Shown here in pieces: positions 28,097 to 36,628 of a stretch of 64,000 bases of DNA. The position numbers and the translations under genes were made by a program. The DNA is taken from positions 1 through 64,000 of the forward strand of contig JAJUJI010000009.1 of the NCBI GenBank assembly GCA_029265405.1, in the 5' to 3' direction. Position 1 is the first letter of the stretch. Each line of letters opens with the position of its first letter. Below the pieces are notes generated by a model, which was given only the letters and a program-made list of their open reading frames with translations, was not told the origin of the DNA and searched no databases. Source of the stretch: Clostridiales bacterium (GTDB lineage Bacteria; Bacillota; Clostridia; Oscillospirales; Oscillospiraceae).

Positions 28097-28555
28097 TTAC
28101 TTGAGGACCTGCGGCAGGCCGCAGAATAAGCGCGTTACGCTTTCAGCCTGAGGGGAAAGCCAATTGAGAAGCCTTCCGTTGGCTTCCCTCCAGGCGCGCA
28201 TCACCGCATCCACCGGCACAACTCCCGATGAAATGTCCTCGCAGATAAGAATGCGGTCGCGCCACAGCTCCGGCGAGCTCATGAAAACCTCGGCGGGCTC
28301 AAGTCCGCGCCGGACGCAGCCGAGGGTAAAGCGTTCAAGATGGTTGACGCATTTTTTAAATTCAATTTCCCCGCTCTCAGAGCATTCGAATATGTCGCCT
28401 TCCGACAGGCCGTATTTTTTTACGGCGTAATCCAGCTTGCCCTGGAAGGCTCCGCCTATTATAAGATGCATGTTTCCTCCTAATCCGCATTTATTTGGCT
28501 GCGGCAAAGCCCGTTCAGACGACGGCGGCGATGCGGCCCTGCAGCACCATGACAA
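28097..28555 (-). CDS. Truncated CobU-like protein with degenerate P-loop (about 125 aa from the MHL start at 28471)
   Basis: The N-terminus MHLIIGGAFQGKL aligns with the CobU P-loop but lacks the GKS/T. The C-terminus resembles the CobU C-terminus. A strong AGGAGG Shine-Dalgarno precedes 28471. Confidence 0.5.
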   Translation of the reverse strand: MSWCCRAASPPSSERALPQPNKCGLGGNMHLIIGGAFQGKLDYAVKKYGLSEGDIFECSESGEIEFKKCVNHLERFTLGCVRRGLEPAEVFMSSPELWRDRILICEDISSGVVPVDAVMRAWREANGRLLNWLSPQAESVTRLFCGLPQVLK

Positions 28556-29276
28556 GAACCCCGCAGGCCTCGCCTATCGTTATGGCGTAGCCGGACACAT
28601 CCCCGGACATGCCGCCAAGCTGCCTGCTGCCGTACATCAGCGCAAGGCAGCTCCCCGCAGCCGCGCCCAGCGCAGCCGCTCCGCCCCCCAGCGGAAAGGA
28701 CAATATGGAGGCGGCGGCCAGAACGAACAGCGGCAGGGCGTTTTCAGCGTTCCTCTTATTCTCCCGATAGCGCCCGGCGTAGCTGCTGTGCCCCATGGGC
28801 TTCAATGCGTTTACGGCCAGCGCGGAACAGGAGCGCGAGACTGCGGGAATAAGCAGCAGCGGCAAGGGGCGGCTCCAGTCCCACGAGGCAAAAAGCGAAA
28901 ACTCAAGCAGCGCCAGAATGATAAGGCTGATGACCGCAAAGGAACCGGCATGCGGATCCTTCAGTATCCTTTGCTTTTCCTGCAAATCCCGCCTGGACAT
29001 AATGGCGTCGCAGCAATCCATGAAGCCGTCAAGATGTATAAACCCCGAAAGCGCCCAGGGCGTTACCAGCAGCAGAGCCGCGCCAAAAAGTCCGGACAGG
29101 CCCAGCAGCCTGAGCAGGAGCGACTCCAGCAGCCATAAGGCCCCAATAAACAAGCCCAGAATGGGCAGCATGGATATCATGAGCGGCCTTAGCTCCTCGT
29201 CCCACTTTCTGTACGGACAGGGTATAGAGCAAAACATGCCCCAGCACATGAAAAAGGCCGTTACTGTTTTCCTCAT
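28515..29276 (-). CDS. cobS: Adenosylcobinamide-GDP ribazoletransferase (cobalamin synthase)
   Basis: Polytopic membrane protein with the CobS motif HLDGFMDCCDA. Confidence 0.85.
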   Translation of the reverse strand: MRKTVTAFFMCWGMFCSIPCPYRKWDEELRPLMISMLPILGLFIGALWLLESLLLRLLGLSGLFGAALLLVTPWALSGFIHLDGFMDCCDAIMSRRDLQEKQRILKDPHAGSFAVISLIILALLEFSLFASWDWSRPLPLLLIPAVSRSCSALAVNALKPMGHSSYAGRYRENKRNAENALPLFVLAAASILSFPLGGGAAALGAAAGSCLALMYGSRQLGGMSGDVSGYAITIGEACGVLVMVLQGRIAAVV

Positions 29277-29815
29277 GGCTCCGCCCGCCCCTTATGCCAA
29301 ATCACAAGCCCGGCGCAGCATTCGGCTACCGCCTGGCAGGCTTGCGCAAGCGCCCTGTCCACATATGCCAGGCCCCTTTTATAGCCGTCGGTGACGGCGT
29401 CGTAAATCTCTGCGTCAGAATAAATATAGTCGCTCACATAGACTATGCTGCCCGCCCGCTCGCCTAGCTTTAAAAGGCCCTCGGCCACCCGGCGCGGCGC
29501 CGCGGGGTCCATGGCGTAATCCGGCGGCGGGAACATCTCGTTTGACAAAAGCGCCGTGACGCTGTCAAGCAGCACGGTCCCTCCGGCACTTATCTTCCCG
29601 ATGCAGCTTTCTATATCCCTCGGGCATTCGAGCGTCTGAAAGCCCCAGCCCTCGCGTTCGGCTATATGCCGCCTTATCCTTGCCTCGTCCTCCGCATCCC
29701 GGGGCTCCATTGTGGCAAGGTAATACAGCTCCCCGCCTTCCGCCAGAGCCTTGGCCAGCCTCTGCGCAAGTGTGGATTTTCCGTTTTTGCAGCCTCCGGA
29801 TATGAATACCTTCAA
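29273..29815 (-). CDS. cobU: Bifunctional adenosylcobinamide kinase / adenosylcobinamide-phosphate guanylyltransferase
   Basis: P-loop ISGGCKNGKST, about 180 aa, CobU-like throughout. Confidence 0.8.
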   Translation of the reverse strand: MKVFISGGCKNGKSTLAQRLAKALAEGGELYYLATMEPRDAEDEARIRRHIAEREGWGFQTLECPRDIESCIGKISAGGTVLLDSVTALLSNEMFPPPDYAMDPAAPRRVAEGLLKLGERAGSIVYVSDYIYSDAEIYDAVTDGYKRGLAYVDRALAQACQAVAECCAGLVIWHKGRAEP

Positions 29816-30903
29816 AACCGCTTGTCCTCATTTCCGCGAATGTCGGCAAGATAATCGTCGTTTATTTCTGCTTCCGCAAAGGTGGCCATACCGCTCATGA
29901 CCGCGCAGGCGGCCTCCACGATGCGGAAGGCTATCGGACACCCGCTGCCTTCTCCGAGGCGCATGTCGAGCTTGAGGTAAGGCTCCAGCCCCAGCTCCTT
30001 TGCGGCCGCCGAGTAGCCCTTTTCATATGAGGCATGGGAGGGTATTATATAACCCCTGACATTGGGACAGAGCCTTACGGCGCAGAGGGCCGCCGCCACG
30101 GATATAAGCCCGTCGGCTACGACCGGCATTGAGCAATAGGCCGCGCCCAAATATACTCCCGCCATGGCCGCCATATCGAGCCCGCCTACCTTTGACAGCA
30201 CGTCCAGCACGTCGTTCCTGTCGGGCTTATGAAGCGCTATGGCGCTGTCTATGACGCGCTTCTTCTTGGCAAAGGCCTCGTCGTCCAGGCCGCTGCCGCG
30301 GCCCGTCGTTTCCTCGGCGGGCAGGCCAAGCAGGACCGAAAGGACGGCGGCCGAGGTGGTGGTGTTTCCAATGCCCATCTCGCCTACGCCGACTATATCC
30401 ACTCCGTCGCGCCTGGCGTCCAAGGCAAGCTCTATGCCCGTATATACCGCTTTCGCCGCCTGCTCCCTGGTCATCGCCGGCTCGCGGGCTAAATTTCTAG
30501 TACCCAGCATTATTTTGCGGTCCAGCACCTCCGGGCAATGGAAGCTGGCGTTTACGCCCACATCGGCCACAACCACCTCGTCCCCAAAGTATTTAGCCAG
30601 GGCCGAAGCGCCGGTAATGCCCCTTGTAAGGTTGATGGTCTGAGCCAGCGTGACGCTTTGCGGCGTCGCCGCGACACCCTCGGCGACAACCCCGTTGTCG
30701 GCTGCCAGGACAATAAGCCTGGACCGCTTCATTTCATTAATGACCTTGCCCGTTATGCCGGCAAGCTGTATCGATATTTCCTCAAGCTTTCCGAGGCTGC
30801 CGGGCGGCTTGGCCAGCTCGGCCTGCCTTTTTTTGGCCTTCTCCATAGCCTTGCCGTCAAGGGGCCTGACAGCCTTTGCTATTTCCATAATTTTGCTTTC
30901 CAT
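29812..30903 (-). CDS. cobT: Nicotinate-nucleotide--dimethylbenzimidazole phosphoribosyltransferase
   Basis: CobT-family motifs (GEMGIGNTT; LGEGSG), 363 aa. Confidence 0.85.
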   Translation of the reverse strand: MESKIMEIAKAVRPLDGKAMEKAKKRQAELAKPPGSLGKLEEISIQLAGITGKVINEMKRSRLIVLAADNGVVAEGVAATPQSVTLAQTINLTRGITGASALAKYFGDEVVVADVGVNASFHCPEVLDRKIMLGTRNLAREPAMTREQAAKAVYTGIELALDARRDGVDIVGVGEMGIGNTTTSAAVLSVLLGLPAEETTGRGSGLDDEAFAKKKRVIDSAIALHKPDRNDVLDVLSKVGGLDMAAMAGVYLGAAYCSMPVVADGLISVAAALCAVRLCPNVRGYIIPSHASYEKGYSAAAKELGLEPYLKLDMRLGEGSGCPIAFRIVEAACAVMSGMATFAEAEINDDYLADIRGNEDKRF

Positions 30904-31661
30904 TAGTCCTCCAAGAGTCCGTTAGTCTTCAGCCACTCCACGGAAGCCGCCGCGTACATATTCTCAATCGTATATGTGGCGTTCGGGGAGAGCCTTTCAA
31001 TAAGCCTGAGCGTCTCGCGCATAGGTATGGAGCCTTCGCCGAGGCTGCCGTGAGTGTCCCTTTTTCCAAAATTATTATGTATATGCACATGCTCCAGCTG
31101 CGGCGCGCAGCGCTCCACCCACTCGGCGGCCGGAAGCTCTGATTGGCAGTTGGCGTGTCCTATGTCCAGACAAAGCCTGAAGCGCTCGTCCCCGACTCCG
31201 CGCGCTATGTCCGCCAGCAGCTCAGGCTCGTCCTCCATGACGTTTTCCAGGCAGACCACAATGTCTCCCTTTTGCTCCGACATTACGTCCTTCCAGAACT
31301 CCACCGAGCGCTCGGCAAACCAGCTTTTGAAATACACCAGCGGAACATAGCCGGAGTGGACGATGATTTTTTTGATGTTCAGTCCGGCCGCCAGCTTGAA
31401 GGCCTGTCTGTACCTGTACCGTGCGATTTCCAATACCAGCGGGTCTATGGCCGCCGGGCAAAGCTCGTTGAAGGGCGCGTGGAAGGCAAAGCGCCTCGCC
31501 GCCGCCATTTTTCCGGCTACGACGCCCGCGCACCGGCTGTAATCGGCGTCCATATTGGAGGCCGTGCAGAACTCCGCTATCTCCAGCCCCAGCCCTTCGG
31601 AAAGGGCGAGGCTCGCTCCGTCCTCCGCAATGGTGGAAATAAACAAGCTCTCTCTTTTCAT
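30903..31661 (-). CDS. Sugar-phosphate isomerase/epimerase (xylose-isomerase-like TIM barrel) family protein
   Basis: TIM-barrel metal-site motifs (VHSGY; LENV; LDIGH). Its stop overlaps the cobT start, implying translational coupling. Confidence 0.6.
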   Translation of the reverse strand: MKRESLFISTIAEDGASLALSEGLGLEIAEFCTASNMDADYSRCAGVVAGKMAAARRFAFHAPFNELCPAAIDPLVLEIARYRYRQAFKLAAGLNIKKIIVHSGYVPLVYFKSWFAERSVEFWKDVMSEQKGDIVVCLENVMEDEPELLADIARGVGDERFRLCLDIGHANCQSELPAAEWVERCAPQLEHVHIHNNFGKRDTHGSLGEGSIPMRETLRLIERLSPNATYTIENMYAAASVEWLKTNGLLED

Positions 31662-31699
31662 ATACTCTTAAGCCTTTCATCCCGCTTGCGCCAGCATAA

Positions 31700-31728
31700 A
31701 AAAGCGCCCGGACGCTTTTTCAGCAGCA
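31700..31728 (-). promoter_or_regulatory. Terminator-like hairpin (AAAAAGCG-loop-CGCTTTTTT) in the 5' leader, about 40 nt upstream of the isomerase/cob operon start
   Basis: Read directly from the sequence. Flanked by A- and T-runs. Confidence 0.35.
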
Positions 31729-31872
31729 CTTAATATATCACATTAATCGTAAAATGCAAAGCCTTCGATAACTGCGCCTCTCTTTATATCCGCTTCCGCA
31801 CGCGCAATTGCTTGTTGTCTTTCTCCCCTAGGCGTAGTATGATTTATCTAAAAAAAGAAAGTAAGTTGACGT

Positions 31873-33138
31873 ATGCTTCAAAGCCCAAACGAAACAGTCA
31901 CCCCGGCAAATTACAACACAAAAAAATTCCTTCTGCGCCTTGACTCGAATTACGCGGCGATACATATCTCCCACTGGTGCTCCTTCTGCATGCTCTACAG
32001 CTTTTCGGCGGTCTTTCTGACTTACAAGGGCTTTTCCGACACGCAGATAGGCTTGACTGTATCCCTCATAGGCCTGCTCAACATAGTCCTCCAGCTTGCG
32101 TCGGCCAGCTTTTCCGACAGCCATGGGCATATTCCTCTCAAGTGGACGATAGGAACTCTATATATCGCGTCGATATCCTTTGGGGCCTGCGCGGCCCTGC
32201 TGCCGCTGGCCTCCGCGCTGCTGATGGCGGTATTCGTCATGGCCTCCTCGGCCCAGAATTGCGTCGGCACGCTGCTTAACGCCATGGTCCTCCAGTACAA
32301 CAACAACGGCATAAACGCCGCCTACGGCTGGCCCAGAGGGGCCGGCTCCATAGCCTATGCCGTGCTTGCCTTCTTTGGGGGCGTGATAGTAGAAAGGTTC
32401 TCTCCGCAGGCGCTGCCCTATCTTTTCATGCTCTTCGCTCTTATCGCTCTTGCGGCAACGCTCCTTATGCCCGATCCCTTTAAACTCATAGGCAAAAGCC
32501 CCGCCAGGGCGGAGAAGCGCAAAGGGGGGAAGTCCGGCGGCGTTGTTTCTCTTAAGCATATGCTTCTGAATAACCCTATCTTATTGCTCTTTCTGCTGGC
32601 CGTCCTGGTAAACTCCTGCGGCCAGGTGGCGGTCAACACCTTCCTAATACGCATAGTCGAAAGCCTGGGCGGGAACACGCGGACTCTCGGCGCCTGCATG
32701 TTCCTTCAGGCGGTCGTCGAATTCCCCATTATGGCAATTTCGTCATGGCTCATGTCCAAATTCAAGGCCAGGTATCTGCTGCTCCTTTCCTTTTCCTGCT
32801 TCGCAATAAAAATATTCGCCCTGGCCAATGCCCCTTCGATGGGCGTGGTTTACGGCGCTATGGCTTTCAGCATACTGTGCTTCGGCCTTTACGCCGTCAC
32901 GATGCTTGTCTTTGTCAACCGCATAGTTGGCGTTACGGAAAAGGTGCGCGGGCAGGCCGTGGTGTCCGTTTTCGGCAGCTTCGGCGGAATGATAGGCAAC
33001 GCGGCGGCCGGGCGCATGATAGACACCGTGGGGCTGCGCGTCCTGCTTGACGCAAGCTGGATTGCCTGCGTCGCCGCTGCGCTGCTTATGCTCGCCTGCT
33101 GCCTGCTTTACAACAGAAAATTCGGCAGGGACGGCTGA
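31873..33138 (+). CDS. MFS-family transporter
   Basis: 12 TMs, MFS-like loop motif between TM2 and TM3. Confidence 0.75.
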   Translation: MLQSPNETVTPANYNTKKFLLRLDSNYAAIHISHWCSFCMLYSFSAVFLTYKGFSDTQIGLTVSLIGLLNIVLQLASASFSDSHGHIPLKWTIGTLYIASISFGACAALLPLASALLMAVFVMASSAQNCVGTLLNAMVLQYNNNGINAAYGWPRGAGSIAYAVLAFFGGVIVERFSPQALPYLFMLFALIALAATLLMPDPFKLIGKSPARAEKRKGGKSGGVVSLKHMLLNNPILLLFLLAVLVNSCGQVAVNTFLIRIVESLGGNTRTLGACMFLQAVVEFPIMAISSWLMSKFKARYLLLLSFSCFAIKIFALANAPSMGVVYGAMAFSILCFGLYAVTMLVFVNRIVGVTEKVRGQAVVSVFGSFGGMIGNAAAGRMIDTVGLRVLLDASWIACVAAALLMLACCLLYNRKFGRDG

Positions 33139-33164
33139 AGCGCCCATTCAGCGGCCGCCCGAAT

Positions 33165-35348
33165 CTAGGTCTCCTCCAGCAGCATCAGCTCCCTGCAATC
33201 TGCAAAAAGCTCCGGAAAGGGTTCTTCGCAGACAAAATACAGCTCATGGAGTGCCCTAGAGCCGGCAAGATATGCAGTTTTGCGGCATTTTTCCGGATTT
33301 TCCCCTCCTTTCATCAGGTTAACGCATATGGCCGCATCGAATTCCAGGCCCTTAGCCAGCGCCAGCGGCAGGACGGCAATGCGTCCGGACAGCCGTGAGC
33401 CCGGGTCGGCAAGCAGCCGGACTTCCTCGCCGCAGCTCGCATACAGCTCCGAGTACAGCGGTTCGGCCTCGTCTATGGAAGGAGTAATAATGCCTATAGT
33501 CAGCTTTCTCCCTTTCATCGCATCTAGCAGGAGGAGGACGGTTTTTGCTATATCGTCCGTCCTGACATAGCGCGGCTTTTCGCCCTTCCTGTCGTAGTAT
33601 TCAGCCCCTGTGCCTTCCGCTCCGATCAGCCTGAAGGCAAGTGCGCTTATTGGACCGGAGGACCTGTAGCATTTGTGCAGCCTCACGCTTTTCAGTTCGC
33701 TTCCGAACACTTTCTCCAGAGCGGACCAGTCGCTTATGCCGGCCTCGGGCTCGACGTTTTGATTGGCGTCGCCGAGAAGCGTGAAAAAGCTTTTCGGATA
33801 CTGATTTTTCAAAAAATAAAGCTGGAATATGCCGCAATCCTGGGCCTCGTCCACCAGCACATGGAGTATGTCCGTCTCGGGCTTGATTTTTCCCGTCAGC
33901 TGCCTGATGCAGAGTATTATCACCAGGTCCTCATAGGCCAGCCGCCCCTCATCCAGCCTGAAAAGCGTGCTTAAATATACGCTTTTATTTTTATCTCCCG
34001 CGTAAAGCCTGAGTATGTCCTTGTAGAGGGCGATTTCATCCAGCTTGTTGTTGAGCTCCAGCTTTCTAAGCTCGCCTTCTATGAAGTCGCGCTCGAGTCT
34101 GCGGAACATGCCGTTCAGCTCCCTTTCAAGCAGGTACCCTTCATGCTCCTTTTCCAGCCTCAGCTTTATCTCCCTCATATGGCGCCTGAAATAGTCGGCG
34201 CTCCCGTCCCTTATAAGAGCGCGGGCTTTGCTTATCGTAACGCCTAAGCTTTTTTCCGCGTTGGCGTAAAAGGCTTCCTTGGCGACTATTATGTCGTTTC
34301 CGTACCTGACGTCCTCAAATATATAGGCATAGCCTTCAAAATACCCCAGCAGGAAATCTAAAAAGGACGGGGAATTTTTAAAGGCTATTTCCGCCGCCCT
34401 GCCGGGGCTCTTGCTCAGCGCGTCCAGCTGCCCGTAATAGGTTTCCGCCTCATATCCTTCAGGAATGTGTTTTTTATACAGCTCTCCGAGCGGCCTGATA
34501 TATACGTTGTTCTCTCCGAGCTCCGGCAATACGCTTGATATATATGTTTTGAAAATATTGTTGTTCGACAGTATGAGTATATTTTCAGGCCTTACGGTTT
34601 CCTTGTGCTTGTAAAGTATATAGGCCATTCGGTGCAGCCCTACGCTGGTCTTCCCGCTTCCCGCAAGACCGCGTATCAGCAGGTATTTGCAGTAGTGGTT
34701 CCTTATGGCGTCGTTCTGCTCCTTTTGAATGCTCGCTATGATAACCTTCAGGGATGCTCCCGCGCTCTCGGCCAGTATCTCCGCCAGCAGCCTGTCATGG
34801 ACGGCCGTTTCCGTATCGAACATGTATTCTATCCTGCCGTCGGTTATTTTATATTGCCTCTTGAGGCTGACTTCCCCGCTGAAAACCTGCTCCGGCCCCC
34901 GGTATGACGCGGGCCCCACTCCGTATTCGTAATAAATTGAGGATACCGGCGCCCGCCAGTCGTAAACAAGGCATCCGCCCGTTCCCGAAAACAGGGACGA
35001 GCGGCCGATGTAGAATCTTTCGCATTCTCCCTCCGCTCCGCTCTCCCTGAAGTCGAAGCGGCCGAAATAAGCAGACCGGTGCAGCTGCACGAGGCTCTCG
35101 TATTCCCTCCGGCAGTCGAGATAAATCTTGCTTTCCCTGTCCACGGCTTCTTTGAGGCCGCTGAGCTCCACGGCGTCCTCGAAGGTGAGCACAAGGTGCC
35201 GGCCCTCGTCGTACATTTCGCGTCGCGACCTTATCAGGTCGGACGCGCTGCCGCCAAGGCGAAAGAGCAGCTCAGCTATCCTGCCTTCTATCTCCGCCAT
35301 AACGCCTTCAAGATATTCGTATTCCTCCGCGAGCCTGTCTGCGTCCAT
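33165..35348 (-). CDS. helD: HelD-like UvrD-family helicase (RNAP-associated helicase IV type)
   Basis: 727 aa. N-terminal coiled-coil/clamp-like region, Walker A GLAGSGKTS, UvrD-like 1A/2A motifs. Confidence 0.7.
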   Translation of the reverse strand: MDADRLAEEYEYLEGVMAEIEGRIAELLFRLGGSASDLIRSRREMYDEGRHLVLTFEDAVELSGLKEAVDRESKIYLDCRREYESLVQLHRSAYFGRFDFRESGAEGECERFYIGRSSLFSGTGGCLVYDWRAPVSSIYYEYGVGPASYRGPEQVFSGEVSLKRQYKITDGRIEYMFDTETAVHDRLLAEILAESAGASLKVIIASIQKEQNDAIRNHYCKYLLIRGLAGSGKTSVGLHRMAYILYKHKETVRPENILILSNNNIFKTYISSVLPELGENNVYIRPLGELYKKHIPEGYEAETYYGQLDALSKSPGRAAEIAFKNSPSFLDFLLGYFEGYAYIFEDVRYGNDIIVAKEAFYANAEKSLGVTISKARALIRDGSADYFRRHMREIKLRLEKEHEGYLLERELNGMFRRLERDFIEGELRKLELNNKLDEIALYKDILRLYAGDKNKSVYLSTLFRLDEGRLAYEDLVIILCIRQLTGKIKPETDILHVLVDEAQDCGIFQLYFLKNQYPKSFFTLLGDANQNVEPEAGISDWSALEKVFGSELKSVRLHKCYRSSGPISALAFRLIGAEGTGAEYYDRKGEKPRYVRTDDIAKTVLLLLDAMKGRKLTIGIITPSIDEAEPLYSELYASCGEEVRLLADPGSRLSGRIAVLPLALAKGLEFDAAICVNLMKGGENPEKCRKTAYLAGSRALHELYFVCEEPFPELFADCRELMLLEET

Positions 35349-35490
35349 TGCTGCCTCCGAATCCCCGCCAAAGTGCCCAAATTCATGAAGCCGCCCGGCG
35401 GCAGCCTCTATCGGCTGATATTATACTCTTCAGGCCGCAAAAACAAGACTTGTAATATCTGGCTATATATGCTATCATAAGCAGGGATGA

Positions 35491-35532
35491 AAAAGCGGCG
35501 GACTCCATAGTACTATGGTATCCGCCGCTTTT
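35491..35532. promoter_or_regulatory. Long near-perfect palindrome/hairpin (AAAAGCGGCGGA...TCCGCCGCTTTT) containing an inner perfect 14-bp palindrome CCATAGTACTATGG
   Basis: Read directly from the sequence. Lies in the divergent region between helD (-) and the URO-D-like gene (+). Confidence 0.4.
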
Positions 35533-35589
35533 AAAAGGATAAGGGTCGCCGCCGCATGCGAAAACGGCGCGCCATAGTATGCGAAAGGA

Positions 35590-36627
35590 TTGTTTTTTAT
35601 GAATATGTACGCATGGCTTGACAAGATGTTCAAGGAGCATAACAAGCCCGCCTTTCCGATTTTGTCATACCCTTCGGTGCAGCTCATGTATATAAACGTC
35701 GAGGAGCTTGTGCACAACAGCCGCTGGCAGGCTCTGGGCATGCGCCTGATAGCCGACAGGTACAAAATGCCCGCCGCGCTGGGCTACATGGACCTTTCGG
35801 TGGAGGCCGAGGCCTTCGGAGCGAGCGTCTTGTACAAGCCCAACGAAACCCCAACCGTCACAGGCAAGCTCATAGGCTCTTACGCAGACGCGGAGCGCCT
35901 CGCCGTGCCAGAGGTGGGCGCCGCCCGCACCGGGATAGTGGTGGACGGCATGGAGAAATCCATGCGGCTCATCAACGACCGCCCTGTATTCGCCAACTGC
36001 ATAGGCCCGTTTTCTTTGGCCGGAAGGCTGATGGATGTAGGCGAGATCATGCTCCAATGCTACTCGGAGCCTGAAACGGTCGAGCTTGTGCTGCGCAAGG
36101 CGACAGATTTTATAAAAAAATATATACAGGCCTTCAAATGCGTCGGCATCAACGGCGTATTGATGGCCGAGCCGCTGGCAGGCATATTGTCGCCGGAGCT
36201 GGTGTCGAAGTTTTCCTCGCCCTATGTAAAGGAGATAGTGGACGAGCTTCAGGACAGGAGCTTCATTTTCATCTACCACAACTGCGGCACCTTCGTAAAC
36301 CGCCTTATCCCGGAGATACTGGCCACCGGCTGCAAGGCCTTCCATTTCGGCGACGCGGTCAACCTTCGCCACACCCTGGAGCTGGCGCCGAAGGATGTGC
36401 TCGTAATGGGAAACCTCAGCCCTACGACGGTTTTCAACAACAAGTTTACGACAGAGGCACGGCTGGCTACGCAGAAGCTGCTGCTTGAATGCGGCGATTT
36501 TGACAATTTCGTCATTTCCTCCGGCTGCGATATACCCGCGAGGACCGAGCTTGAGTGCATCGACGCGTTTTTCGACGTAGTGCAGCAGCACTACTACAAG
36601 CGCATGCTCGTAGATCTGATAAGCTGA
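35590..36627 (+). CDS. Uroporphyrinogen-decarboxylase (URO-D)-family protein, MtaA/CmuA-like methylcobamide methyltransferase type
   Basis: URO-D fold motifs, about 340 aa. Probable start at MNMYAWL (35599). Confidence 0.6.
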   Translation: MFFMNMYAWLDKMFKEHNKPAFPILSYPSVQLMYINVEELVHNSRWQALGMRLIADRYKMPAALGYMDLSVEAEAFGASVLYKPNETPTVTGKLIGSYADAERLAVPEVGAARTGIVVDGMEKSMRLINDRPVFANCIGPFSLAGRLMDVGEIMLQCYSEPETVELVLRKATDFIKKYIQAFKCVGINGVLMAEPLAGILSPELVSKFSSPYVKEIVDELQDRSFIFIYHNCGTFVNRLIPEILATGCKAFHFGDAVNLRHTLELAPKDVLVMGNLSPTTVFNNKFTTEARLATQKLLLECGDFDNFVISSGCDIPARTELECIDAFFDVVQQHYYKRMLVDLIS

Positions 36628-36628
36628 G

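Noticed and set aside
31662-31872. Possible second cobalamin riboswitch upstream of the isomerase/cobT operon
   Set aside because: No GCCACTG-like or B12-box-like blocks were found in the minus-strand leader. Only a short terminator-like hairpin is present, which is reported separately.
35665-36591. 308-aa minus-strand ORF
   Set aside because: Antisense to the URO-D-family gene. Arg/Ala/Gly-rich shadow ORF.
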